Assembly (NCBI GenBank): GCA_964016885.1
Contig: OZ024760.1
Location: 15,252,001-15,316,000 of the forward strand
DNA from: Eledone cirrhosa
Lineage: Eukaryota
Reading direction: 5' to 3'
DNA: 64,000 nt
Shown here one piece after another: positions 1 through 12,877 of this stretch. The position numbers and the translations under genes were made by a program. The notes beneath the pieces were generated by a model. It did no database searches and was not told the DNA's origin. It saw only the letters and a program-made list of their open reading frames with translations. How positions within the stretch are numbered: the stretch's first letter is position 1; every line of letters starts with the position of its first letter.

Positions 1-830
1 CATTCTGAGTTCAAATCCCGCCGAGGTTAACATTGCCTTTCATCCTTACAGAGTAGATAAAATAAAGTACCAGTAATGCACTGGGTAATTGCTGGCCTTG
101 TGCCAAAAGTAGAAACAATTATTATAAATAACAAAAGTAAAGAAATAAAGAAATCAATATTTATTAGAATGCTGTTGAAGTGTGTTTACATTTTTTGGGA
201 CACCCTGTATATATATATATATATGTTATATGTAAACATATATATATATTTATATACATGTGTGTGTGTATATATGTGTATATATATATATGTGTATATA
301 TATATATATATATGTATGTATGTGTGTATATATATATGTATGTATGTGTGTATATATGTATGTATGTGTGTGTGTATATATGTATGTATGTGTGTATATA
401 TATATGTATGTATGTGTGTATATATATATGTATGTATGTGTGTATATATGTATGTATGTATGTGTGTATATATAAATGTATGTATGTATGTATATATATA
501 TGTATCTATGTGTGTATATATGTATGTATGTGTGTATATATATATGTATGTATGTGTGTATATATGTATGTATGTATGTGTGTATATATAAATGTATGTA
601 TGTATGTATATATATATGTATGTATGTGTGTATATATATATGTATGTATGTGTGTATATATATATGTATGTATGTGTGTATATATAAATGTATGTATGTA
701 TGTATATATATATGTATGTATGTGTGTATATATAAATGTATGTATGTATGTATATATATATGTATGTATGTGTGTATATATATATGTATGTATGTGTGTA
801 TATATATATGTATGTATGTGTGTATATATA

Positions 831-877
<47 letters not shown>

Positions 878-2340
878 ACTAGAGGCATGTCTGTTGTTTA
901 TGTTCTGGTCTCTATGATCAAAGACATGCCAACCATGACCATCCCGCATATTTGTATACCCAGCACTACATTATACAGTGTTACTATTAATGTGTATTGG
1001 CAGAATCGGTAGAGCGTCGGAGAAGATGCTTTGTGGCATAGAGTTACGTCCCTTCACACTCTGAGTTTAAATCCCACCAAGGTTAACTTTGCCTTTCATC
1101 CTTCTGGGGGTCGATAAACTAAAGTACCAGTCACGCACTGGGGTTGATTTAATCAACTTTCCCCTCCCCCAAAATTGGTGGCCTTGTGCCTAAATCAGAA
1201 ACCATTATTATTATTAGAGGATGGCTGACTGGCTGAATTGGTAGAGGTCAAAGCTGCCTTTTATCCTTCAGTGGGCTGATAAAATAAAGTACCAGTAATG
1301 CACTGAAGTCGATTTAATCAACTGTCCCCTCTCCCCTTCAAATTGCTGGCCTTGTGCCAAATGTAGAAAATATTATTTATTTTGTTTATTTATTGAAATT
1401 TACAACTCCCACCTATGTTGGTTTGTCTGGCCTCCTCAGGGGTTTAGTGGGTGTTTCAATGATAAGGGCACCAGTGTTATAATGTTGTTATTGTTATAGC
1501 CCACACCTATGTTGGTTTTGTTGGCCTTACAAGAGGTGTCTTGAGTGTTTTAATTATTGGGGTCACCAGTCATAGCATGTTATTCTCACGGCCCACACCT
1601 ATGTAGGTTTTGCTGGTTCTACAAGGTGTCTTGAGTGATTTAATTATTGGGGTCACCAGTCATAGCATGTTATTAAAATAATAATAAAATAATGAAAATT
1701 ATTGTGTACACTGTTCAGGTGCACTACAACTCATCAAAGGTGCATGTATAGTACATAGAATAATGTACAAATGTCAGGAAAGTGAACAGCGTATGAGTCA
1801 TGATATACACACAGATACATGCGCATGTGTGTAGAGGGAGAATATTAGGTGTAGTGTTGGCAAACACCTATGTAGGATTTGCTGACCCCAAAGGAGGTCT
1901 TTTTTATGTTTTCATGATAGGGCTTCCAGTTTATTATGGTATTGTGGATACAGCTCATGTGGGTGTCACAAGAAAAACACTCGGCCTACACTGTAAAGTG
2001 GTCATGTGGGTGTCACGACAAAAGACACCCAGCGCACACTGTATATGTGGTTGGCATTAGGAGGGGCATCCAGTCATAGAAACCTAGCCAGAACCAGTCC
2101 TATAGGAGTGAAACATGGCCACCTCACCCAACTTGCCTCTAATGGGAGAACTTGTCTAACCCATGCTAGTGTTGAAAATGGTCATTAAACGATGATGATG
2201 ATGATGATGATAATAGGCACAAGAGCAGTATTTTTTTTTTTTGAGGATTGAAAGTCAATTATATCGACCCTGTTACATAACTGGTACTTTATTATATTGA
2301 TCCCTGAGATATGAAAAACAACATTGACTTTGGGCAAGAT

Positions 2341-2567
2341 TTAACCCTTTAGCATTTAAACTGGCCATATCCAGCCAGAATTTTCTCACCTCTTTCTCTT
2401 CAAACCAGCCATAACCAGCATCTCATACTTATTTTAAGGTATTGTTCTCACAATACATAATATCAAAATCTTGTAGATCCGATATTATGTGATATAATAA
2501 TATAAAATAAAGCCTTTACCATGAAAATACAATGTATATATAGAGTAATGTAAATGCTAAAGGGTTA
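2341..2567. mobile_element. piggyBac-type MITE (representative of >12 copies)
   Basis: TTAA-CCCTTTAGCATTTA ... TAAATGCTAAGGG-TTAA. Other copies at ~14097-14322, 27231-27657, 31151-31365, 31760-32185, 34020-34300, 40908-41728, 51809-52013, 55236-55726, 58304-58605 and 60335-60564. Confidence 0.85.
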
Positions 2568-2772
2568 AACTCAATGCTGTGAAACAGGGGGGGGGGGTAG
2601 CTAAAAGATTGCGTGTCTGAAGAACTTGGTGTAATGGACGTGCGAAGCCATTCACTGCTAAACTAAAAATACTTACTCAACCTCACATATTGTGCTTTTG
2701 GTGAAGGTGGGGGAGGGCTTGTGTTTACACCTAAACACTTGTGTGTGTGTTTGTATGTGTTTTGTATGTGGT

Positions 2773-2810
<38 letters not shown>

Positions 2811-2850
2811 AGTGTGCATGTAAATATATGTATGTGCCTGTATACGTGTA

Positions 2851-2883
<33 letters not shown>

Positions 2884-2963
2884 CATCGTCATTACTGTTT
2901 TATGTCCATTTTTCCACACTGGCATGGTATATATATATAAATACATGTATGTGCCTATATATA

Positions 2964-3014
<51 letters not shown>

Positions 3015-3031
3015 GTGTATGTATGTATGTG

Positions 3032-3132
3032 CAGGGTGTCCCCAAAAAATGTATACACACTTTGATTACCTGTACGGGCAATATTTATTAGAATGCTGTT
3101 GAAGTGTATATACATTTTTATGGGACACCCTG
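3032..3132. mobile_element. Tc1/mariner-type MITE (~100 bp)
   Basis: TIRs CAGGGTGTCCC.AAAAATGTATA / TATACATTTTTATGGGACACCCTG followed by TA. A half copy lies at ~160-208. Confidence 0.7.
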
Positions 3133-3286
3133 TATATGTTTGTGCATGTATATCATCATCATATATATATATATTTATTAAAATAACAGATTCTGTTATT
3201 TTAATAAATATTTGCTCTACGGTTCTTATATATTTATCCTTATCGAGCCCTCTTTGGATTTTAGTCTTCAAACTTATTATTATTAC

Positions 3287-3326
<40 letters not shown>

Positions 3327-3383
3327 TTGTGTGCGTTTATATATGTATATATATATGTGTGTGTGTGTGTATATATGTATATA

Positions 3384-3415
<32 letters not shown>

Positions 3416-3549
3416 TATATATATGTATGTGTGTGTGTGTGTGTGTATATGTATATATATATTTGTGTGTGTGTGTGTATATGTATATACATATGTGTAT
3501 ATATATTTATATATATATATATATTTGTATATATATATATTATATATAT

Positions 3550-3580
<31 letters not shown>

Positions 3581-4069
3581 ATACATACATATATTATATA
3601 CATACATATATTATATACATACATATATTATATACATACATACACACGCTGAGAATTTAAGATGTCGCCTACAAGTATTTTAGACATTATTCGAACATGT
3701 TTCTGAATATGTGTATGTATGTGTATGTGTATGTGTCTACATGTGTGTTTGTGTATTTGAGTGTGTCTCTGTGTGTGTGTGTGACTACGTGTGTCCGTGT
3801 GACTGTTTACACAACACACACCTACACACACACACACTATACACTTAGACACATCTATACACTCTCTCACACACTCACATATACACACTTGTAGATCTAC
3901 ACACAAATGCGCACGCCCACATCTGCACACACACGCACACACACACACACGTTTACACACCCCTACATACACTTACATATATACGTATACGCACTCATAC
4001 ACTTACATACACATCTATATACACATACACATCTGTATATACACATATATCTAAACACGGACAGACACG

Positions 4070-4105
<36 letters not shown>

Positions 4106-5290
4106 GTAACATGTGACTACAGGTGGTTGCTATTTTTCAATAACACGTGGATTACGTCATCGCTTTCATTTTACTGGCTTCACTCGTTAAGGCTACCGGC
4201 CATGCTGGGGCATTTGTCTTCATCAATATCCTGTCTAGGAGTGGTTGCCATTATATTTCAGCTCTGATGTACTTATTTTATCGATCGTTGTTTGTCGAAT
4301 GGCTGAGTTACTCTCTCTTTTATCTTTTTTTCTAACACACCTCAAACTGTCGGCATAATAATAATAATAATAATAATAATAAAGATAATAATAATGATTT
4401 CTTTATTGGCCACAAGGGCTGACATCAAGGGACACATTACAGCTGGCACAGGACGGTGCGATGTGGGTTTTGTGCGTGTAAATATTTTTATTATTTATAT
4501 AAGAAAAGAAAAAAAAAGGACATAGAAACATATATATATATATATATGTTTATATATATATATATATATATATATAAACAATAAAAATGAAAATTGAAAC
4601 AATGAAAAATTCCCCAATAGGGGGGGGGGGGGAACCTCCGAGGGTCGAATGCTTTCTTTATTAAGCACAATGGTTGACATAATGTATAACATTAAGGACA
4701 GCACAGGACGGCACAAATGGGCATTCCTGCGTGTACAAAAACAAAAACAAAATTATATGTATAAAAAAAAAGGATTTCATTTATTAGCCAGAAAGGCCGA
4801 CATGTAGGGGGCAATACAAAGGCAGGGGCAGTGAGGCGAGGTTTACAATAAGATTGAGTTCAAATGCACTATAACAAAACCAATTTAACAATGAAAAAAA
4901 TATAAAAAGAAAATATATATAAAAATAATTGTTTCTACTTTTGGCACAAGGCCATCAAATTACCCAGTGCATTACTGGTACTTTATTTTATCGACCCCGT
5001 AAGGATAAAAGGCAAAGTTAACCTCGGATGGATTTGAACTCGGATCATAAAGGGACGTAACTATGCTGGAAAGCATGGCGTCCGACCCTCTACCAATACT
5101 GAAAATAATATATATAAATCAGAATGGATGCAGTAAAAACCTGTTACTCACCCACCAGAGTACTCAATACTTGGGGTAGTAGAGTGGGTAATAGGAAGGA
5201 TACGGGATCCCTGGATCTAACTGTTGAAATAGCATGAGCTCAGCCGTCCGGGTCCCGAATCGATCATATTTTTCTTTTTCTTTTTCTTAT

Positions 5291-5342
5291 AACAGGCTGA
5301 ATGAATTGGGGTCTTGAACCCTACAAAACTTAAGTACCTGTT
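5291..5342 (+). ncRNA. Degenerate hammerhead, CUGAAUGA-core family
   Basis: AACAGG-CUGAAUGA-stem II-(A)AAA-CUUAAG-UA-CCUGUU; perfect 6-bp stem I, G12 mutated to A. Confidence 0.6.
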
Positions 5343-5417
5343 TATGTCGCTGTTGTAATTATATATATTTATATATATATATAAGTATTAATAAAATAGA
5401 TGTTCTTTTGATCAATT

Positions 5418-5474
5418 ACATTTTATTATACATATTTCGGATGTACAACAGTACGTCCTCATCAGACAAAATAT
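5418..5474 (-). ncRNA. Minimal hammerhead, inverted partner of 5571-5627
   Basis: Reverse-complement copy in the left arm of the inverted repeat 5379-5517/5531-5665. Confidence 0.82.
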
Positions 5475-5570
5475 AATGATACATGACATACCCTGAGATG
5501 TTAAATGGTTAAGATTTAATCAAGGTAGTAAAATCTTAACCATTTAACATCTCAGGGTATGTCATGTATC

Positions 5571-5627
5571 ATATTTTGTCTGATGAGGACGTACTGTTGT
5601 ACATCCGAAATATGTATAATAAAATGT
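5571..5627 (+). ncRNA. Minimal type I hammerhead ribozyme (PLE-type)
   Basis: AUAUUUUGU-CUGAUGA-GGACGUAC uguu GUACAUCC-GAAA-U augu A-UA-AUAAAAUGU; 9-bp stem I, AUA cleavage site. Confidence 0.82.
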
Positions 5628-5768
5628 AATTGATCAAAAGAACATCTATTTTATTAATACTTATATATTAATAACTCCTGAAAATTATTTTTACCGTTGA
5701 GTGCTTCCAATCTACTGTAAAACTCATTCTTTGACATAATCATCGAATATTGTTTAACAACATAATAC

Positions 5769-5843
<75 letters not shown>

Positions 5844-5980
5844 CAAAAGGGATATTTAATTTGTTGGTAATTCAACAAATATAAATGTTTATAACTGATT
5901 CAAAGCACTCGACAATTTTTTCTGGAGTATAATATTCAATGATATTAAATAAATGGAAACTATATTTATAAAACCATATT

Positions 5981-6041
5981 TATTCTATTATATATATTTC
6001 AAGGGTACCAAAACTTTGGTACGCACTCATCAGATAAAATA
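5981..6041 (-). ncRNA. Minimal hammerhead in a PLE terminal repeat (family shared with 63390-63840)
   Basis: Minus strand UAUUUUAU-CUGAUGA-...GUACCA aaguuu UGGUAC...-GAAA-UAUAUA-UA-AUAGAAUA. Confidence 0.7.
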
Positions 6042-7124
6042 CAAAGTTTGTTTTATAAATATTGGCATAACCAGGAAGAAGATCTTCACGGTTCAAGTTT
6101 TTCCTGGATATATAAAGTCTGTCTTAAGCCAGAAGGCTCATTTGGCTGGTGCTTATCCCGGTTTTATTGCATAAAGTGACTGAGAGTACAAGACTTTCCT
6201 CTGAACAGGACGCCAGTCCATCGCTGGGTTAAACCCTTAACTATTGCTGGTACTCATTTTCAGCTGAGTATACTGGAGCAATGTGAAATGAAGTGTCTTG
6301 CTCAAGAACACAACACACAACCCAGAAATCAAAACCACGACATTATGATCGTAAGTACAGCACCCTTACCACTAAACCATGTGTCTCCACTCACACACAC
6401 ACACACACATATATGTATATGTGTACATATACATAGGCGCATGGCTTAGTGGTTAGAGCATTGGGCTTGCAATCGAAAGGTTTTGAGTTCAAATCTCGAA
6501 CCGTGTGATGTGTTATTTCCTTGAGCAAGACACTTTATTTCACGTTGCTCCAGTTTACTCAGCTGTAGAAATGAGATGATAGGGACTGGGGTCCCTATCA
6601 TTAAATCACCCAAGACACCTCCAACGAGATATACCTTGGAGGAGGCCAACTAAACCTGCATAGGTGTGAGCTGTCACACACACACACACATAGGTGTGAG
6701 CTGTCACACACACACACATATGCACACATAGTATTGCTAGATGCCAGAATGAGTACTCAATACCATGTAGTAGAGATTAATATATTCTTTATTAAGACGT
6801 CCTATAACCCTGGGGTTTCACCTGTGTCTTCACAGGGATCAAGTCTTAACTGATAATCCTGTGAATAGACAGGTGTACTTCTAGACTAACAGGAATGGTC
6901 TTAATAAAATAGATATATGTATATATGTGTATATATGTGTTGTGTGTGTATGTATGTGTATATACAATTTGTTGTGTATGTGTATATATATTTGTTGTGT
7001 GTGTATGTATGTCTTATATATGTGTGTGTGTGTGTGTCTGTATATGTGTGTATAGGTGTGTGTGTATATATGCGTGGATGTGCATGTTATATGTGTGTGT
7101 GTCTGTGTGTAATGTGTGTGTGTG

Positions 7125-7162
<38 letters not shown>

Positions 7163-7254
7163 ATGTGTCATACATTAGTGACAAGCTAAGCAAATTCAAT
7201 CGAAGGTTAATCAATTAATTTGTAAAGCAGAGCAGAACAGGTATGTACATGAGT

Positions 7255-8817
7255 AGCTATATAGAGAGTTACATACTATAGCTATATAGTATATCTACAT
7301 AGTGTAGTTACATAGTACAGCTACATAGTATAGTTACATAGTATAGCTATATAGTATAGCTACATAGTATAGCTATATTATAGTATAGCTATATAGTGTA
7401 GTTACATAGTATAGCTATATTATAGTATAGCTATATAGTGTAGTTACATAGTATAGCTATATAGTATAGCTATATAGTATAGCTATATAGTATAGCTATA
7501 TAGTGTAGTTACATAGTATAGCTATATAGTATAGCTACATAGTGTAGTTACATAGTATAGCTATATAGTATAGCTACATAGTATAGTTACATAGTATAGA
7601 TACATAGTATAGTTACATAGTATAGATATATAGTATAGCTACATAGTGTAGTTACATAGTATAGCTACATAGTGTAGTTACATAGTATAGCTACATAGTA
7701 TAGTTACATAGTGTAGTTACATAGTATAGCTACATAGTGTAGTTACATAGTATAGTTACATAGTATAGCTACATAGTGTAGTTACATAGTATAGCTACAT
7801 AGTGTAATTACATAGTATAGCTATATAGTATAGTTACATAGTATAGCTATATAGTATAGTTACATAGTATAGCTATATAGTATAGTTACATAGTATAGCT
7901 ATATAGTATAGCTACATAGTATAGTTACATTGTATAGCTACATTGTATAGCTACATTGTATAGCTACATAGTATAGCTACATAGTATAGTTACATAGTCT
8001 AGCTACATAGTGTAGTTACAGAGTATAGCTATATAGTATAGTTACATAGTATAGCTACATAGTGTAGTTACAAACTATAGCTACATAGTATAGCTACAAA
8101 CTATAGCTACATAGTATAACTACATAGTATAGTTACATAGTATAGCTATATAGTATAGCTATATAGAGAGTTATACACTATAGTACAGTTACATAGTATA
8201 ACTATATAGTATAGTTACATAGTATAGCTTTATAGTATAGCTACATAGTGTAGTTACATAGTATAGCTACATAGTGTAGTTACATAGTATAGCTTCATAG
8301 AATAGCTACATAGTATAGCTACATAGTGTAGGTACATAGTATAGCTACATAGTGTAGTTACATAGTATAGCTATATAGTATAGTTACATAGTGTAGTTAC
8401 ATAGTATAGCTATATAGTATAGTTACATAGTGTAGTTACATAGTATAGCTACATAGTGTAGTTAAATAGTATAGCTACATAGTGTAGTTACATAGTATAG
8501 CTATATAGTATAGTTACATAGTGTAGTTACATAGTATAGCTATATAGTATAGTTACATAGTGTAGTTACATAGTGTAGTTACATAGTGTAGTTACATAGT
8601 GTAGTTAGATAGTATAGCTACATAGTGTAGTTACATAGTATAGTTACATAGTATAACTATATAGTATAGTTACATAGTATAGCTACATAGTGTAGTTACA
8701 AAGTATAGCTACATAGTATAGTTACATAGTATAGCTATATAGAGAGTTATATACTATAGTTACATAGTATAGCTATATAGTATAGTTACATAGTATAACT
8801 ATATAGCATAGTTACAT
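7255..8817. repeat. 13-bp minisatellite (GTATAGCTACATA/GTGTAGTTACATA)
   Basis: ~1.56 kb continuous array of 13-bp variants. Confidence 0.95.
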
Positions 8818-8958
8818 TTAATATTCTACCATACTATTTCATTCTAATACCATTATACATTTTAAAGGATTGTAAATAAAACGAGTAAATCAGACAAAGT
8901 TGGAATTCCTTTTATTAATATAATCTTCTATACACAATCATACACACCCGTGTATATT

Positions 8959-9057
<99 letters not shown>

Positions 9058-9399
9058 ATATATATATATAGGCCTATGTATGTTCCCAGTTATAGGTAAC
9101 AGTTTTGCACGTATACAGGTGAAATTGTGTATTGTGACAGTCCTGTATAGGGACACCTGTACAGGATGAAGGTCACAAGCTAGGTGACATTTTTTAAAAA
9201 AATCTGTTCTTTTTAACTCCAAGCAGAAAAATAAATTTAGAAAATTGTATACCTTACATTCGAATACTAGCGACAGAAATGGGTTCCTTGGAAGGATGTT
9301 TGGGGTAACATTACTCAATAGGTGTGTGTAGTTCAGAGATCAGGGGCTTGCTCCATTTAGAGCTGCTACTTTTCTACATCAATAGATAACAGCTCTAGT

Positions 9400-9640
9400 A
9401 CTACAGACATGAGGTTAGAATGTCTAAGGAAAGAATTGCTGGACAGATTTTATAGGCCAAGTCAACTGGCAGGAGACCCTGAGGTAGACCACGAGCAAGA
9501 TGGTTGGATAATGTCCATAAAATTGGTTGGTCTCACTTGGGGATCTATTTGGGTCATTTGGAGATGATAGGATCCTCTGGTAGGCAGGTCTGAAGACTCA
9601 GCACTCATGGCCCTTTCAAGAATAAGTGGGCAAAGAAAAA
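9400..9640 (+). mobile_element. Old RTE-like LINE remnant
   Basis: RMSKERIAGQIL*AKSTGRRP*GRPRARWLDNV. Confidence 0.55.
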
Positions 9641-9654
9641 AGCAGTTGCTGGTC

Positions 9655-10175
9655 AGGAGAGTCATTTTAGCCATGTTGAGCCTGTCTGCCAAGTCACTTG
9701 ATCTGAGACTGCGTGTGTTGAAACAAAAGCAGTTGATCTCCGGGGAAGTCATTTTAGACACAGTTGTACCTGTCTGGCAAGTAACTTAATCTGAGACTGA
9801 GTGTGTTGAAACAGAAGCAGTTGAACTTCGGGGAAGTCATTTTAGCTACAGTTGAACCTGTCTGGCAAGTGACTTGATCTGAGACTCTGTGTGTTGAAAC
9901 TAAGACAATTACATCATGGAATGCCATTTTAGGCATAAGTGACTTGATTTAAAACTGTGTATGTTGAAACTAAAACAATTACATTTTGGAAGAGTCATTT
10001 TAGCCACAGTTATATATGTCTAGCAAGTAACTTGATCTGAAACTGAGTTAAAACTAAAGCAATTACATCACAGAAGAGTCATTTTAGCCACAGTTGTACT
10101 TATCTGGCAAATAACTTGTTCGGAGACTGTGTTGAAATTAAAGCAATTACTGTGTGGAAGAGTCGTTTTAACCAT
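9655..10175. repeat. ~87-bp tandem repeat
   Basis: GTCATTTTAGCC...CTGGCAAGTGACTTGATCTGAGACT...GTTGAAAC recurs ~7 times. Confidence 0.85.
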
Positions 10176-11341
10176 TTAAAAACACTCAAAAGCTGTTAAC
10201 TTTGCTTTATATTTATCATTTATTTCCTGATGTGAACATTTCTATTAGGAACTGTGTCAGTGACCAAGTCACAGACAGAGCAACAGAAATGTTGGCACCA
10301 AGAAATATATTGAAAATACAGTTTTTGTGTGTTTTTAAATGGTTAAATTGATGCAGGTTTTTTGAGAATTTCAAAGACGTACACATATGAATGTATATAA
10401 ATAAAACAATTTTGTAGGGCATGTGGTAGTCCCTAGAGAGGAGAGCCACTACTCAAGGCCTATCAAAGAACTCCTCTTCTATCTTGGATACAGGGATGTA
10501 ACTGTATACTGCAAGACATTTTGTGACTCCTACACGACCACTTTACAGTGTGGGCTGCATACTTTTTGTCATGACTTCTACACGACCACTTTACAGTATA
10601 TAAAATATATTGTTGAATAGAGGCAGGGAATTCTTGGTGGGTCCTTTTCTCCCTTCTCCACCCCACCCCACTTTACATCACTCCACTCCTACCATCAACA
10701 CTATTATGTATGTATTATGTTATCAATTCAATTCCTAGTATTTTCTAATTCCTACCTTTCATCAGTGTCCTTTGCCTACACTCTTATCATATTTTGAAAC
10801 ATATCCGAAATGCCAGCCGCGACTCTGTCCTAAATTAATTTACAATAAACCTTACACTTATAATTGTTTTAGCATTATAAAGGTTTATTTTTTATTTTTT
10901 TCATTTAAAAATTTTTTTTTAAATTTTTATTTAAATTTTTATTTTAATTTTAATTTTTATTTTAATTTTTATTTTAATTTTAATTTTTATTTTAATTTTA
11001 ATTTTTATTTTTATTTTTATTTTAATTTTTATTTTTATTTTCATTTTTTTTTTTCATTTTTTTCTTTATTTTTTAAAGGGGAGGAGGTGATGGCCCCCCC
11101 TCCCCCCTAAAAAAGCATAACTGTGTATTATGAAATGAAAATATATTTATCATTTCATAATACACAGTTATCATCACCGTCATCATAATCATCACCAACA
11201 ACCACCATCATTACCATCATCATCGCCTATTATAAGACTATCATCACCATCATCATCGTCATCACCACCACCATCACCACCATCGTCATTATCATCACCA
11301 CCTATAATAAGACTACTATCATCATCATCATCCTCATCCTT

Positions 11342-11389
11342 CAGTCTGAATGAGTTGGGGTCCAGAACCCAACGAAACTTAAGTACCTG
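11342..11389 (+). ncRNA. Minimal hammerhead, CUGAAUGA-core family
   Basis: CUGAAUGA-GUUGGG guccagaa CCCAAC-GAAA-C uuaa G-UA-CCUG; palindromic stem III, GUA site. Confidence 0.68.
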
Positions 11390-11418
11390 TTTATGTCACT
11401 GTTGTAACTATTCATATA

Positions 11419-11518
<100 letters not shown>

Positions 11519-11889
11519 ATATTTATGGATGTTGACGAACCATAGACAAGATGCTGCTTTCTGGTATGAATGAAAACATTTCAGAACAATTGATCTCCCA
11601 CCTCAAACCCCTGCCTCGGCCCACCCCTTGCCCCTATTTTGTCTTTCATTTGTATTCCATGAATTCTAAATAGAAATTTTAGAACATTTTTCACAGATCC
11701 TAGCATGACGGATGGACAAAAAGGTTGTATAGATAGTTATTATAATCTATTATCGGTATTTCGGTACTATTGTATTTTCTAAAAAAAAGAAAAATCTAGG
11801 TCTTTAGGTTTCATTTCTGCTGCATTCCTGACAATAACATACATCTGTTTGTTTCCCTATTCTTATTTGGCTTTTCAATTAAAGTACAG

Positions 11890-12470
11890 GTATACCTTCC
11901 CTGTAGATGTAACAACCTCAGCCTTCTTTGGAGCAGGTAAGGATGGATGTTTCCACTGCATCGATTGTCTCTTTGTCTCTGGCTCAAAGTGATGAATCCA
12001 ACACTCATCCTAGGTTAGGAAATGTTCAAGGAAACCAACTGGATCAACCTCAAACAATGTCAGATTTTCCCGTGCTGTGATCAGTGTGGTGCACTTTTAA
12101 TCAGGTGTCAGAAGACGTGGCACCCACCGAGCAAAAACCTTCATCATGCCAAGTTCATTGTGCAGAATATTCTCAACTCTCTCATGGGGTATGCTAATAG
12201 CATTGGCTATTTGATATATAGTCAATCATCTATCATCCATCACCATGTGGTGAACACGGTCAATGTTTTCCTCGGTGGTGGCAGTTGCAAGACCTCCAGA
12301 CCTCGGGTCATCTTCAAGACTCTCCTTTCCTTTCCTAAATTCACCTGCCAACTTTTGCACTGTTGATAAAGCTGGAGCATCATCCCCTAATGTAGAACCA
12401 TCTCAGCATTAATGTCTTTGGAGGCTAAACCCTTTTTCTGTAGGTGCTTAATAACATCACGATGCTAAAT
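11890..12470 (-). mobile_element. Mariner transposase remnant
   Basis: Minus strand ...ESLEDDPRSG..ATATTEENIDRVHHMVMDDR*LTI.QIA...ARWVPRLLTPD*K...LT*DECWIHHFEPETKRQSMQWKH. Has the WVPRLL motif and first catalytic-D region, with several stops. Confidence 0.88.
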
Positions 12471-12681
12471 TTGTTTTTACAAGTCTAGTACATTAATTGA
12501 GCTCTTTTTGTCAAACCCTTTTTTATACAAAGCGTGAAACTGATATGACTTTTGTATCTCTGATTTGTCATTTCCCTGAACCAAGAGATATCAACATGAG
12601 TGGACCTGTTATTTTTCTCTAAAAACATTTTTTCCAATCCCACCCCGCCCGTCCCCTCAATCTATCTAATTTCTCATTCTT

Positions 12682-12717
12682 TCTTCTGATGAAGGACTAG
12701 CGTCCGAAACGTTAAGA
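12682..12717 (+). ncRNA. Ultra-minimal hammerhead (GAAACGUU type)
   Basis: UCUU-CUGAUGA(A)-GGAC uagc GUCC-GAAA-CGUU-AAGA. A degenerate copy lies at 47957-47992. Confidence 0.65.
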
Positions 12718-12819
12718 CCCTCTTCCTGCTATATCAAGTGTTAACATAATATATTCCTTCCATATACTGTACCGACTGTGTTGTTATTTCTGTTTACCTT
12801 TTACATACATATATATATG

Positions 12820-12877
<58 letters not shown>

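Noticed and set aside
76-1012. Long Y/I/C/V/M/H/T-rich ORFs, here and throughout the window
   Set aside because: Translations of (TA)n/(TG)n/(CA)n microsatellites, which lack stop codons by composition.
6436-6510. tRNA gene-like sequences
   Set aside because: tRNA-derived SINE heads continuing into SINE bodies; no complete cloverleaf.
9655-10175. CRISPR-like regular repeats (also 49395-49995 and 61378-61633)
   Set aside because: Whole units are repeated with no unique spacers, no cas genes, and a eukaryotic context.
10419-10500. Possible exon after TTTTGTAG (HVVVPREESHYSRPIKELLFYLG)
   Set aside because: No recognisable homology to SNX19 or other families and only a weak donor.
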